From Hemiscyllium ocellatum (taxonomy: Eukaryota): a DNA stretch of 64,000 nucleotides. A program made the position numbers and the translations under genes. The stretch is from NCBI RefSeq assembly GCF_020745735.1, contig NC_083431.1:45040496-45104495 (forward strand). Reading direction: 5' to 3'. This document shows positions 50,237-63,139 of the stretch, piece after piece. The first letter of the stretch is position 1. The number at the start of each line of letters is the position of its first letter. Below the pieces are notes generated by a model. That model was not told the DNA's origin and did not search any database. It worked only from the letters and a program-made list of their open reading frames with translations.

Positions 50237-50906
50237 AGTCCATGGACCATGTGTATATTGGGTGTGGGCGATTGCACTCCCTCTTTGATTTTCTCAAAAA
50301 CCTTCTCCTCTGTTTTTGGTTGCACTTCAGTCCCACGCTCCTGATCTTCGGGCACCCGGTGCGGAGGAGGGAGGGCAGGTCTGAAGACCTCCTCGTGGGT
50401 CTGCTCCTGGGCCTGGCCAAACTGGCCATAAACAGGTCCAGGCAGCGAGCCGTGGAGGGGGTCATTAGGGCCGACTGCCTGCCCCTCTTCCACGGTTACG
50501 TTAGGGCCCGGGTGTCCTTGGAGATTGAGCACGCAGTGTCCACCAACACCCTGGAGTTGTTCAGGGAGAGGTGGGCGCCGCAGGGAGTGGAGTGCATCAT
50601 TTCCCCCTCCAACGCTATTTTGATTTAGTCCCTGCCCTCCCATTCACTGTTTTGATCACACAGCATTGTCCTCTTTGATGTGAAGGGCACTGCTTGTCAC
50701 TGGCTACTTGGGTGTTTTCCTATTTTTCCTGGTGGTGGATATTGAATAAAGATTTGCACACTTTGTGTCTCTCACTGTGTCTCACACCTGCACACGCGCA
50801 CACCATGGGTGATGGGGAAAAAATAAGCACTACCGCAATTAGGCGGTAGTGTGGGGGTTAATAAAAAAGAAAAAACAAGGATAAAGAGGGGACCGTCCCA
50901 GAAAAA
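50237..50906 (+). mobile_element. Tx1/L1-clade LINE, 5'-truncated, with TSD
   Basis: ESMDHVYIGCGRL..LLLGLAKLAINRSR..F..RW (Tx1-type ORF2 C-terminus, stop at 50628), AATAAA, an A-rich end and a 17-bp TSD AAACAACTACACAAATG (50220-36, 50907-23). Confidence 0.9.
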
Positions 50907-52259
50907 AAACAACTACACAAATGCGATACAATACGTATTTCACAATACGTATTTCTTTAATTCTCTTCATTTTTTAATTCCTTACACTTACAATACTGTA
51001 AGCTACCCATGATTTTGATATATGCATGAATGTTGTCAAATTCAGAGAAAGGTAATTAGAACTTAATGTTAAAAAACAAGTCCACTCTCTCTATATAATT
51101 TCAGCATCTAGTTAGGTTTAATTTTGTAAAGATGGCTTTCATCACATCACTAATATTTGAATTTCTGGTTATCTAAAATGCCTAAGAATGAATTTGTTGC
51201 CTGTCAAATTTGATTTCTTTCACTGCTAAACCATAGCTACTGTCGATCAATATATAAGGTCTTTAACCTTGGAGAATGAGATAATATTGCCATCTGGCCA
51301 ACAGATGTCTTCTCAGTTATAATTGGTTCTTTGCCAAATGTGATGAAGTTGAGGTATGTTCCTGCAGGGTATGTTGGTTTCTCTCAGCCTCTCTCCTGAT
51401 TGGGAAGGATGATCTTCTCCTTTTATGTGACACCATCTAATGATTTTCCTAATTAGTTGAAAACTTGCCCTTTGAAGAGTTTGAGATTCAAAGGTCAACT
51501 GAAGCATATATCCTTTGGTTGAAATTTCAGAAATATAAATCTACTTGATTCTTTTATTCTCAGAAAAACAAGAGGGAAAATTGCAATCCAATCACCCTCA
51601 AATAGCTTGTCTTTAGAGGCAGCTGTGAGATATGCATCAAGTTACTCTACATCGAGGGCTGAAGGGCCTGTGCTGCGCTGTAATGTTCTATAGTAGTACA
51701 TTATATTCTCTCTTTATTTAAAGACATTTCTCCCAAATTCTTTATTGTGACTATTATATATTTATGCCCTGTGTTGGACTTCTCAAATAGTGGAGCCAAC
51801 TTCTCTGGTCTACCCTTCGAACACTCAGATTTTTAAAGGCATCCATTAAGCCACCCTTCAGCTCTCTCTTTTCTAGGAAAAACTGTTGATATTTTCTTAG
51901 ATAAATGACAGCTCTCTAAGTTCTACAAAGTATTTTAATTTGCTTAGAACTAGGTGAATTTGCAGCATTATCAGGCACTTAACTAGCAAATCCAACTTTC
52001 TTAATTCTACTTTGATCGAGAATTCCTTCTTGTACATGGACGGAAGAAGAATCACATGGTACTGGACTTTGACAGGTTTCTAATGCTAAGGAAGAAATCA
52101 GAGAAGGGTGAAAAATACCAGAGATGCTATTACCTCCTTCCAGTCCCGACTGGAATTTTCTTGCGTCCTGCTCTCTTGGATTGCCCCTGCCATTCATGGA
52201 AACATAAGAGGTAAGAGCAGGAGTAAGCTATTTGACCACTTGAGCCAGTTCCTCCATTC

Positions 52260-53280
52260 CCAGAACATACAGCAGTATAACATAGGAATATGCCCTTTGG
52301 CCCACCATGTCTGTGCTCACCATGATGCTATTCTAAAAACTAATCCCATCTACTTGCACATGGTCCATATCCCTTCATCTCTGCCTGTTCATGCATCCCT
52401 CTAAATGCCTCTTGCTATCATATCTGCTTCTATGACCTTCCTGGCAATGTGTTCCAGGCACCTAATACCCTCTTTATAAAATAATTTCCTTGTACATCTC
52501 CTTTGAACTTTCTCCTTCTCACCTTAAATGATGTATTTGACATTTTCGCCCTCAGAAAGAGATTCGTGGGGCAGCACTGCTGTCTCACAGCACCTGGGAC
52601 ACAGGTTTGATTTTAACCTTTGGTGACTGTGTGGAGTTTGCTCTTTCTTCCAGTGTCTGCATAGGTTTTCCCAAGTGCTCTGGTTTACCTCAGCAGTCCA
52701 AAGATGTGCAGGTTAGGTGAATTGGTCATGCTAAATTGCCCGTAGTGTCCAGGGATGTGTAGGTTGGGTGGATTAGCCAAAGGAAATGTTGGGTTTACAG
52801 GGATAACAGGGTCTAGGTGGGATGCTGTTCTGGGTGCAGACTCAATGGGTTGAATGGCCTGCGTCCACACTGTAGGGATTCTATGATTCAACTGATTCTA
52901 TGACTCAGACTAACTACCCTATTAAGCCTATCCTATCAAGTTGCTCCTCAGTGTCCGACACTCTAGTGAAAACAATCCAAACTTGTCCCACTGTCCTTAT
53001 AGCTAATGCACTCTATTCCAGACAAGAATCTGGTAACCCTTTTCTACACCCTCTCCAAAGCCACCACATCCTTCCTTTAGCGTAGTAATCAGAACTGTGC
53101 AGAATACACCAAATGTGGCCTGACCAATATCTTAAACAGTTGCAACATGATTTGCCAAATTTTTACTCAATGTCCCGACCGATAAAAGTATCTATGCATT
53201 TCCCTTCTTGATCACCTTATTCACTTGTGATGCCTCTTTCAGGGAGTCATAGACTTGGACCCCAAGATCCCTCTGTATCT
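52260..53280 (-). mobile_element. CR1 3' part interrupted by an HE1 SINE
   Basis: Reversed CR1 tail and C-terminal motifs on both sides of the SINE. Confidence 0.8.
52567..52905 (+). mobile_element. HE1-type V-SINE
   Basis: V-domain and GATTCTATGA tail. Confidence 0.85.
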
Positions 53281-53587
53281 TCTTGCAGAGCAGATAGTAC
53301 TTACCACCTTCCCCATACTGTTTGGTGGGATTAATGCAAGGTTGTTTTGCCAGTTTCCAGAATAGTCACAATTCCTGCTCTGAAAAGGTTCTGCTCATGA
53401 CTCCAAATGTGACCTCTGTGTTCCCATCAGTGGTTTCAACCCATATATGAAAACCATTTGCCCTAAACTTATAATTCTCTCATTAAACTTTTTTTTCTGC
53501 CTTTATCTCCTCCTTTAAAATGCTCTTTACAATCTACCCTATCCTTTATCTAACTTCACTTTATAGAGCTGGATCTGACAGTTTTTT

Positions 53588-53893
53588 TTAGATTTGATTA
53601 CTTACAGTGCGGAAATAGGCCCTTCGGCCCAACAAGTCCATACCAACCCTCCGAAGAGCAACCCACTCAGACCTATTCCCCTTCACCTAACACTACAGGC
53701 AATTTAGCATGGCCAATTCACCTAAACTGCACGTCTTTGGACTGTGGGAGGAAACCAGTGCACCCGGAGGAAACCCACGCAGACACGGGGAGAATGTGCA
53801 AACTCCACACGGACAGTTGCCCGAGGCGGGAATTGAACCCAGGTCTCTGGTGCTGTGAGGCAACAGTGTAACCACTGTCCCACTGTGCCACCC
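53588..53893 (-). mobile_element. HE1-type V-SINE
   Basis: Collinear with 28273-28584. Confidence 0.92.
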
Positions 53894-55217
53894 CAATGCT
53901 TCTGAGAAATGCTTTAGGATATTTTACTAGGTTAAGATGTCACAAGTATGCAAATAAAATCATTGTTGAGATCTCCAGTATGTTTATTGGTAGTTCTTCT
54001 GGCATTCTCCATAAGCTCATACGTCATTCACCTGTTACTCTCAAACACACCAGATTTCATTGTATACAGTTGAATAGCCAGAAGGCACTTCAACTGTCAG
54101 CGTATCTCATATGATTCCTATGCTGAGGCACACCGTATAAAAGATCTACTTTAACACATTCGGAGAAACCACACCCTGTCTGACACCCCCTTCACTGAAA
54201 CAAAGTTTTTTTATATCCCTTTGAAAGGCCTCAATCCAACAGAGCAGAAGCAGTCACATTGAAAATAATGGTGGAATTGGAAAATATTAAACCAAACTGC
54301 TGCCTATGCCATGCCTTTTGATGAAACCGAATTATGTTGTAATTGGTATCAAACATTGTTGATTCACATAAAGCACAAAGAAAAGCAACACTAGAACATT
54401 CAACAATATCAGAGGCATTCTCAAATTGATGTTCAAATGCCATTAGGGTTTAAAAGCCAAAATTTCAAAGCAATTCTGAGCTCTATCACAGCTATCAAAA
54501 GGTTCTACTATAAACCAAGCCACCAATCCTAAGGTAACTTTTGCAGTACCAATTATTTCTCAACACATGAATTGCACTAATTAACTGTGCTCTTGTCATA
54601 ACCTTTGTTCATTTCCCTAACTAAGCGAGATAGTGCATCACAATTGTCTCACTCCTTTTCCCTTTATGATCCTCTATTAAGATTTTTATTTAGTTTCCTT
54701 CCAAATGACCTTTTCAGCCAAGACTGTGTGCCTCAGCAGAGACTGCATGAAAGAACCCCATTAGCTAAATTTCAATTTTTTTTAATTTGTGAGATCTGGA
54801 GTGACTCATTATCTCAATGCCTTTATCCATCTGCCTGTATATCACTTTATCTGAGAGTGACAACAGCTGTCACAGTTCTCCCACCGCAATGAAAGGTTGA
54901 ACATTTGGTGAACTATCAGATTACATTGGGAGAAAGAAAGTCAGGCAATTACATTTCAGAAAGCTCATGAGTATTATTCAACAGGCAGAGAAAACATTTT
55001 GGCAGGGTTCCCATTTCTAATCACTGTCCAATTAGCTGCCGCTGGTAAGTGTCATGTGGATACAAAATGGGGACAACATTGGACTTACCTGTAATGGCTC
55101 AAAATTGGGAAAGCCAGAGACCAAAAACTGAGCTGGGCTCAATGGATGGAGAACTGACATTTAAACTTCTCTTCACGTGTGTGAATCAGCGTAAATGCGG
55201 TTAACTGTGGCTGTTTT

Positions 55218-55630
55218 GTTAGCATTCTTGCCTCCTAGTTGAATTAAAGCCCCACGACAGAGATTTGGGTACACAATCTAGGCTGACACTTCAATGTCTC
55301 ACATTTGGAGATGCCATGTCCCAAATAAGAAGTTCTTATTCTGCTTCTGCTCCTTCTGTTCTCTCAAAGCCATGTCAAAGAGCTGTCACTTCTCAAAGAA
55401 AGATAATTGAGTTTGCCCCAGTTGTCTCAACAATATTCCTCCCTCAACCAGCATCAACCAGTTTGCATGATCATTTTTTTTCTTTGCTGTCTGTGACACA
55501 TATTGTGCAAGAATTGGCAGCCAGATTTTACACATTATGTACTAACACAGTGGCTACACTTCAAAAGAACATTGGTTATTTAGAGCTTTGTGCGGCTTGA
55601 GGCCATGGAAGACATTATGTAAATACCTTT
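55218..55630 (+). mobile_element. SacSINE1/DeuSINE-like SINE, decayed
   Basis: AATCTAGGCTGACACTTCAATG..GGAGATGCC..CAGTGGCTACACTTCAAAAG. Confidence 0.55.
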
Positions 55631-56499
55631 TCTTTCCTGGAATTTTTTCATATTTCCCAACACTCGACAATCTACGAGGTCACCTTTTTCTTGTGGTGGG
55701 TAGCATTGCCACTCCTAGTAACCCGGGAGTTAAAATTGTGGAAAGGAGTTTGAAGGCAGGCACAAATGATGCCAAACTACAATATCATTTTAAAACCTGA
55801 CATCTGGCATGCATAGATAAAAACTGGGGAATATATGTAAACTCCGGTGTCAATGGGACATATTGCAGCAGCAAATACTACACATATTACATAATACAAC
55901 AACTATAAAAAAAATTAAAGTGTTGCAACAGTGGGCATCGGTGGCACATGCAAGGTGTCTGGTTGAGGATGATCTTTTTTAAAAATCATATAGCCCATGT
56001 GTGTAAAATTTTACTTTCAGTTGTCATATTTTTATGTCAACCTATTATAAATTCTTAAATAAACCTTTATGATAGTATATGCCTATGTAAATATCACACT
56101 ATAATTACACCTCCCTGCCAATTGCATAACCTCTTGCACATCTGTTTTGCATTTCCACTTTTTAAACATTCTCTGCAGATAAACTTAATATCTAACCACT
56201 TCTATTTCTGTTGGCCTTGCTATTGAACTATAAATAAAAAAACTTAACATCAGACATAAAAGTAGGGGCAGCATGAATCACTGTAAAACCTGGACTGAAT
56301 TGTTGTTCTTATTCTCTGAACTTGTTTCACCTAATACTAGGTCATGACTTGCAATGTACAAAGACGAAAGCACTAGATAGAATGCATCATAATCATGGTA
56401 TGCTGGTGGTACTCTTCACAAAAAAGAGATAAATTTGGAAGATAAAATGAATACTCAATTATGTGCCATAACTAAGTAAATTCAGTGGTATTGAGGAGT

Positions 56500-56900
56500 G
56501 GCACCTCCTGACAGATCGATTGTGCTCACCCAAACTCTCCATGCTACTGTATGCTGCCCTCGAGATGGCTGTGGTGGCTATTCTAGACATCATCTTCTGG
56601 AATATGCCTTTGCAAAGAGATTCTGGAGAGAAATGCAGTGATTTTGTTGAGGTTTGTTCCAAGCCGCACCGTGACACAGGATTCTGTGCTCTACAGGCTG
56701 TTTCCCAGGATGCACTCTGAACCAAACATTCACTGCAAATTGATTCATCAACTTGGTGAAAGGCACTCAAATAGTCTGCCCACAATTTGTTGGTCTTCAA
56801 ATGTAAAGTGTTGTCCTTGACCAATTGTGGCAAACTGGCACATTCCAAGGTGCAGGACAAGCACTGAGGGATGCAATAAAGCCTGGATATCTATTATCAA
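56500..56900 (+). mobile_element. Decayed Tx1/L1-clade LINE ORF2 C-terminus (second family)
   Basis: Across frameshifts: CCPRDGCGG..HLLEYAFAKRFWREMQ..RFVPSRTVTQDSVLYRLFP..NLLVFKCK..KLAHSKVQD (CCHC/zf-RVT region). Confidence 0.7.
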
Positions 56901-57033
56901 GGCATTGAGGAGATAGGCCAGTCTCTTTCAGCCATAGTGTATCAATGAGCTGGTATCTTATAGAAACCCTCCAGCTGCACAATTGTTGTTGAAAGTGTAT
57001 AGTTAATGTAACGTAAAAATTACTGTAACAATT

Positions 57034-57393
57034 GCGGTGGCTTAATGGTTACCACTGCTGCCTCATACTGCCAGGGACTGAGGTTCGAATCCATCCTCAG
57101 GCAAGTATCTGTGTGGAGTTTGCAAATTCTCCCGATGTCTGCGTGGGTTTCCTCTGGATGCTGCAGTTTCCTCCCACAGTTCACATTGTGCAGGTTAAGT
57201 GTATTGGCCATGCTAAATTGTCCATAGTGTCCAGGGATGCGTAAGTTAGGTGGATTAGCCATGGGAAATGCAGAGTTATAGGGAGAGGGTGGGGGAGTGC
57301 AGGGGTGTGGTGGGTCTGGTTGGGATGCTCTACAGACCGTCAGTGTGGACTTGATGGGCTGAATGACCTGCTTCCACACTGTAGGGATTCTAT
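57034..57393 (+). mobile_element. HE1-type V-SINE
   Basis: Head with GGTTCGAATCC B box, V-domain and GTAGGGATTCTAT tail. Confidence 0.88.
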
Positions 57394-57962
57394 AGATGAA
57401 TTGATATACTCAGCATGCTTGATAGAGAGAAGTCATAGATGATCACATTTTATGTCATGATCAATTTGGAATAGATCATAGATGCATACAGTATAGAAGA
57501 ATATTTTTAGGTATATTACAAATAAAGCTTATCTTTGCAAACACATTTCCAATATTTGCACGAAAGGGATGATTTCACCCAACCTTGGTGTCAATTTATC
57601 AATTCTAAGGATTGAACCACAATAGGAAATGAATGTGTATCCTGTCAGTTTGATCCAAATTAGCCTGGGCCCATTCTGACACCTCATACTGTGAGAAGGG
57701 AATGTGGCGTCTATTGTAAAAGGTTACTTGGTATAACACCAGTGTCTGTAGTTACACAACATTTCTACAGTGGAAAACCATGCACTGACCACTTGAGAGG
57801 AATCTGGGATTCTGAAACAATCTTTTGGGTTAATTTGAATAGTGGAGTACATGCTGTTCAGCCTCCACTTGTGAGCTATTACACAGTCTGTGACATTTTA
57901 TGCAATGGTGCGCTGCATCACTGCAGTGTGAGGGAGCTGAAATTGGTGGTAGTAGGAATAAA

Positions 57963-58250
57963 GCATGGTGGCACAGTGGTTAGCACTGCTGCCCCACAGC
58001 ACCAGAGACCTGGTTCAAATCCCACCTCAGGCAACTGTCTGTGTGGAGTTTGTGCATTCTCCCTGTGTCTGTGTGGGTTTCCTCTGGGTGATCTGGTTTC
58101 CTCCCACAGTCTAACGATGTGCAGGTTAGGTGAATTGGCCATGCTAAATTACACTGTAGTGTTATATGTAGGGGAATGGGTCTGGGTGGGTTGCTCTTTG
58201 GCGGTTGGTGTGGACTTGTTGGGCTGAAGGGCCTGTTTCCACACAGTAAG
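57963..58250 (+). mobile_element. HE1-type V-SINE
   Basis: TGGCACAGTGG A box, GGTTCAAATCC B box and V-domain. Confidence 0.9.
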
Positions 58251-58484
58251 TATTCCCATATTCTTCTGTTGCATGTGAAAAATGGTTGGTGGGTTCTGGC
58301 TATAATAGAGGAGAGGGTGGCAGAGCCAGTTTAGTTTTCAGTACAATACTGGGCTTAGCTGTGAAACCTCAAATACAGACACTCAGTGCTTGGCTCATAC
58401 AAGAAAGAGGCCGCTTATACAAGGTAACAGAGGGATCTTGTTATCCAAGGACTCTTATCCGAGCAAAAGCACATTGAATAGGGA

Positions 58485-59525
58485 TAGTAGTTGGAAACAA
58501 AAAGGCTGAAAGACAGGAAACAGTACCGGTGAACAGTTATTTTTCAGATTGGACGGAGGCATGCATTGGAGTCTAGAGGTCAGTTTCGGACTGTTATTTT
58601 TGTTGGTAAATATTAATGATTTAGACATGGGTGTGCAGGGCACAATTTCCTAATTTATAAAACTGGAAATATTGGAAATGGAGAGGAGGACGTAGATAGA
58701 CTGGTGGTGGAATTACAGCAGATGAGTGGCAGATGAAATTTAATGCAGAAAAGTGTGAAGTGATAAATTTTGGTGAGAAGTCCAAGGAAAGGCAATACAA
58801 CTTAAGAGCTACAATTCTAAAGTAATTACAGAAACAGAGGGGCAGGACTATTAGTGGACAAATCATTGAAGGAGACAGGTCAACTTGAGAAAATGGTGAA
58901 TAAAGCATGTGGGCTTCTTTGTAAGATCCCAAAAGGAAGGATGTGATGTGATGTGATGTGATGTGATGTTACACAGTTATGTTACATTGATTTGGTTCAG
59001 CTGGAGTATTCTGTCCCATTCTGGATGCCACACTTTAGGAAGGATGTGTATGACATTGGAAAGAGTACAGAAAATTCAAGGAAATGGCTCCTGGGATGAG
59101 GAACATGGATGGATTGGATAAAGTGTGGCTGTTCTCTGTCAGAAGAGAAGATTAAAAGGGTATTTGTTTCAAATCAAGAGGAGTCTGGGTATAGTACGCA
59201 GAGAGAAACACTCTTATTAGCAGGAGGTATGAGGAGCACAGGGCACTAGTTTAAGGTGATTAGCAAAAGGAGCAATAATGACAAAACAACATTTTTTTTA
59301 AATGCAGGGAGTGTTTAAGGATAGGAATGCTATGCCTTAGAGTGTGGTGGCGACAGATTCAATTGTGGTTTTAAAAGATAATTGAACAATTATCTGAGGA
59401 GGAAAGAATTGTATGGCTGAGGGGAAAAGTCAGGGTAGTGGGATTAGGTGGGTGACTCTTGCAAAGAGCCAGAACAGACACAATGGGCTAAATGTGCTTG
59501 CATGTGCTGTAGCTATTCTGTGCTT
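58485..59525 (+). mobile_element. Old CR1 LINE (RT and 3' end) containing an (ATGTG)5 microsatellite at 58941-58968
   Basis: WQMKFNAEKCEV motif and a decayed CR1 C-terminus. Confidence 0.8.
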
Positions 59526-60419
59526 TTATGAAAATAGTGTTTCATGCTATATTTGTTGTTCCAAGTGACTTGTTGCCAATGCTTGACTTTTGTAAGATGA
59601 ACAGGAGGTACACTTTTAATCTTATGTTTATGGCTGTGAGCAAAGTTAATACACAATTTATTAACCACTTTCTCAAACTGCCCTGCACCTTCAATGATTT
59701 GTGGTTTGTTTATACTGTGATAATTTTCTGTTAAAAGGAACAAGTCATAAAAGTAAATATCGGCTAGTGTTATACAAGGGTTTCTTTTCAGTAACTAGTT
59801 TGCACTCATCAAGTAGAGAACCACTAGCAGTACAGAATGGAATATTCTCCTAATGCATTGATATCTTCCAGCTTAAAAACTGCTTAGTTAGACACAGAAT
59901 AATGCAATATCTCAACAAATGGCTTATTCCTCATAGTCAGAGATTAAAGCCTTTAGTACTAGATTTTCAGTTTCCCCAGCCAGCCATTCTTGTAATTCCT
60001 CAGAGTGAGACTGTTGATTCAGTTAGTTTTACACCATTGGCCCATGTTGAGATTGTTCATGTCGGGCTCTGATTTTAGAGGAGCTGGACTATATTATATG
60101 TAACTGGGATTCCCACTTATTGAGTTATTAAATTAAATTGGTCAGAATAAAAGAATGTGAAACTTACTCCTGAGGCAGCATAGTGGCTCATTCTCCCTAT
60201 GTCTGTGTGGAGTTCTTCTGGGTGCTCTGGTTTCCTTCAGTTCAAGTTGAATTGAAATCCAGATTCCAGAGGTGAACAGACAGTTCAGTAACTCACTGTA
60301 CTCTCCCTAAGATGGCTTCAAGTTAATAAATAATTAGAAAATATAGTTAAGTCAATCTCTGGAAATATTTTTTATTCATTTGTGCTTTGTTGTTTCTAGG
60401 CTTGACTACCCACCAGTGT

Positions 60420-60790
60420 CCCAGTCAACGTTGCCATCTTCGACTCTACATTAAAGTGAAACTCTGCTCCTTCTGTCATACCCCACACAAGTCCCACTCA
60501 TTCCTCACTCTTGTGCTGCTGACCTACACTGGTTCCTGGTTTGGCAACATGAAAACGCTCAGCTTTATTTTCAAATCCAATCCCTCATTCTCTCTGTCAT
60601 CTTCTTTAATCTTATGAGACTTACATACCCCTCAACTCTGGTATCTTGTATATGCCTCGTTTCAATCATTCTACTATGGCAGCAGTACCTTTAGTTCATA
60701 CACTCCTTCCCAAATCTTTCTCCCGTTCTCTCTTCTATCATAGCTTCATAAAATTTACTCCTTTAATAAACTATTGGCCATCTGTTCTAA
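60420..60790 (+). mobile_element. Decayed L2-like LINE 3' region
   Basis: CATTCCTCACTCTTGTGCTGCTGACCTACACTGGTTCCTGG resembles the L2 HITPVLADLHWLP motif. Confidence 0.55.
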
Positions 60791-61779
60791 TACAGTAAGT
60801 TTCCATTTTAAGTTGCCTAGTTTTAAATTGTCCTTCTTTCATGAAGGTCAGTTAACCGGTTCTGTACTTGTATTTAGCAGCATCAGTTTTATTTTAAAGT
60901 CCTTTCACACCTGCTGTGACATAGGGCTATGTGACTTGATTGGCATCATCTTGAAGTGACCCCTGCCTCTGACCTCTGACTCTCTGTCACACTGAAAAAC
61001 CTCCAATTTGCAGCATTTGCATTCCATCAACCCTTACAGTCCTTCAGTTCAACGTCTCTTCCTCTCTCAGCTTTTCCTTTTGCCATCTGTTCAAATGGTT
61101 CCCACCAAAGTTACATTTTCTGCCTCAGACCCCTCTGAAAGCAAGGATCTGAGAGAAGGAAGCAACCATCCAAAGAGGCAAGCAGCGAGAGATTCTGTGG
61201 GATGAGCAGTCTGCAGCAACCAATGTGATCATGGAGCAGCAGAAGCCACTAACCAGAAGTTTGGCAGTGAGAGGGGAGTGGCAGAGGCCATGAAATGGGG
61301 ATCAGCAAGATCAAGGGTCTGCAGTGATTAAGAGGGTCAGGAATCAAGGTATGTGATGAACAGGGGTGTCAACAATCCAGCTTGTTGAGTGTGTCCAATG
61401 CAGTGGTATGTCTTGTTGCCATTAGCTATTCACCTGAGTGAAGTTGTTTCCTCAAGAAGTGTCATCCTGTATCACAAGTGGTTGTCATGGTACCTGTCAT
61501 TGTTCTATTTCAATTGTTGGGTTGCTGTGGACCTCTGGATCTGATGGTTGATGTCTTGTGCAGGTGGTGTGCTTACCTCTTCCTGCTCAGCTGCCTAATG
61601 TTGAAGAGCAGACTCTCCAGTTGGGGTATGGATCTGTGGTTGTGATAGTATATCTGATTGTTCACTTTAACTGTGTATGATCAAGGTGACAAGTGCTCCA
61701 TGCAAGTTGCCACTTGGGCTTGCTTGTATTGTGAGTGTTGAAGGTCTGTACCCTGACAGGCTCGAGCAGTTTAGTTAAA

Positions 61780-62100
61780 ATTTGAGCATTCAAATCCAGT
61801 TGACACTCCAGTGCTGTACTCAGGAACTGCTGTATTGAGATGCTGTCTTTTGTACCTGATGTCAAACTGAAGCCTATCTAGTCCCTCCAGTGAATGTAAA
61901 ATCACTATTTCAGAGAAGGACTGGATTGATCTCCCTTGCATCCTTGCCAATATTTATTCCTCAGTCAATGTTTTACCTGGTTTTCATCACATTGCTGTTT
62001 ATGGTAGCTTTTTGTATACAAATTTAATGCTGTATCCATTACTTCACAATAGTAACATTGATTCAAAAGTATTTTATTGACCATAGAGTGCATTAGACGC
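61780..62100 (+). mobile_element. SacSINE1/DeuSINE-like SINE
   Basis: TGACACTCCAGTGCTGTACTCAGG..TGCTGTCTTT..ATCACATTGCTGTTTATGG. Confidence 0.65.
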
Positions 62101-62119
62101 CCTCCTGACATACTCAGCA

Positions 62120-62512
62120 TTACATATGCCAGTCTTCAGCCAATCTGATTCATTTCACATGACATCAAGAAATTGGCATCCTATCCACTACTTCCAACAT
62201 TTAGTCCCTCCAGCCCGACACAGACTGGCAGCAGGTGTATATCATCTACAAGATGCACTGCAACAACTCACCAGGGCTACTTATCACAACACCTTCTAAA
62301 CCACCATCACCTTGAATGATAAGGACAACAAATGCCATGACCTACAAGTTACCCTTTAAACCACACTCTTCTTGACTTGGAACTGCATCACCATTCCTTC
62401 ATTGTTACAAGGTCAAAAATCTAAAGCTGCCTTCCTAACAGCATTATGAGTGCACCTAGTCTATCATGGACTGCAACAGTTCAAGAAATAAGTGTACCGT
62501 CATCTTCTCAAG
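62120..62512 (+). mobile_element. Older LINE (CR1/L2 group) 3' region
   Basis: CATCTACAAGATGCACTGCAACAACTCACCA..GACTTGGAAC..GGACTGCAACAGTTCAAG. Confidence 0.7.
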
Positions 62513-62515
62513 GTA

Positions 62516-62683
62516 GATCTCCCAGCTACCTTCCCCCTAGCCCCACCCCCCTCTCATTTATCTCACCACCCCCTCGGCTCACAGCCTCATTCCTGATAAA
62601 GGGCCTTTGCCCAAAATGTTGATTTTCCTGCTCCTGGGCTGTTGCCTGGCCTGCTGTGCTTTTCCAGTATCACACTCTCGATC
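62516..62683 (+). mobile_element. PLE family A-related terminal repeat with a degenerate hammerhead
   Basis: ATTCCTGATAAAGGGCCTTTGCCCAAAATGTTGATT..GCCTGGCCTGCTGTGCTTT aligns to 22440-22515. Confidence 0.75.
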
Positions 62684-63139
62684 CTACCTCATTAAAGATG
62701 TCATTTGTCAAGTTTAAAACTTAAAAATGAAAATCAAGTGGCCTTTGGGAATTGATCTAAGCTGATCTTTCTACTTTATCTTGCTGCTCAAATACCATTC
62801 CTGAAGTATGTGTAATAATTACTTTCCTTCCTGTGTACATAGTTTCATTAAATTTAATTTGCCTTTAATCTGTCTACATATTTATTCTGCCAAATGTATT
62901 CTGCAACTTCTGAGTTGCTTCCTCCAATACCACTCACAGTTTGGTATTATCAACCAATTTCACCATTTTGTGCAGAGTCCTTTAATCCACTTTCTTTAAA
63001 GACTTGAAATCATAAGATGTTTTACACCATCTGATGTTAACATCTCTCTGTTATGTTCAAACTTGAATGGGCCATAATGCTCAAGATGTAATTTGACTAG
63101 ATACTACACAGGTTATTCATGGCATCATTCAATTTAGGT

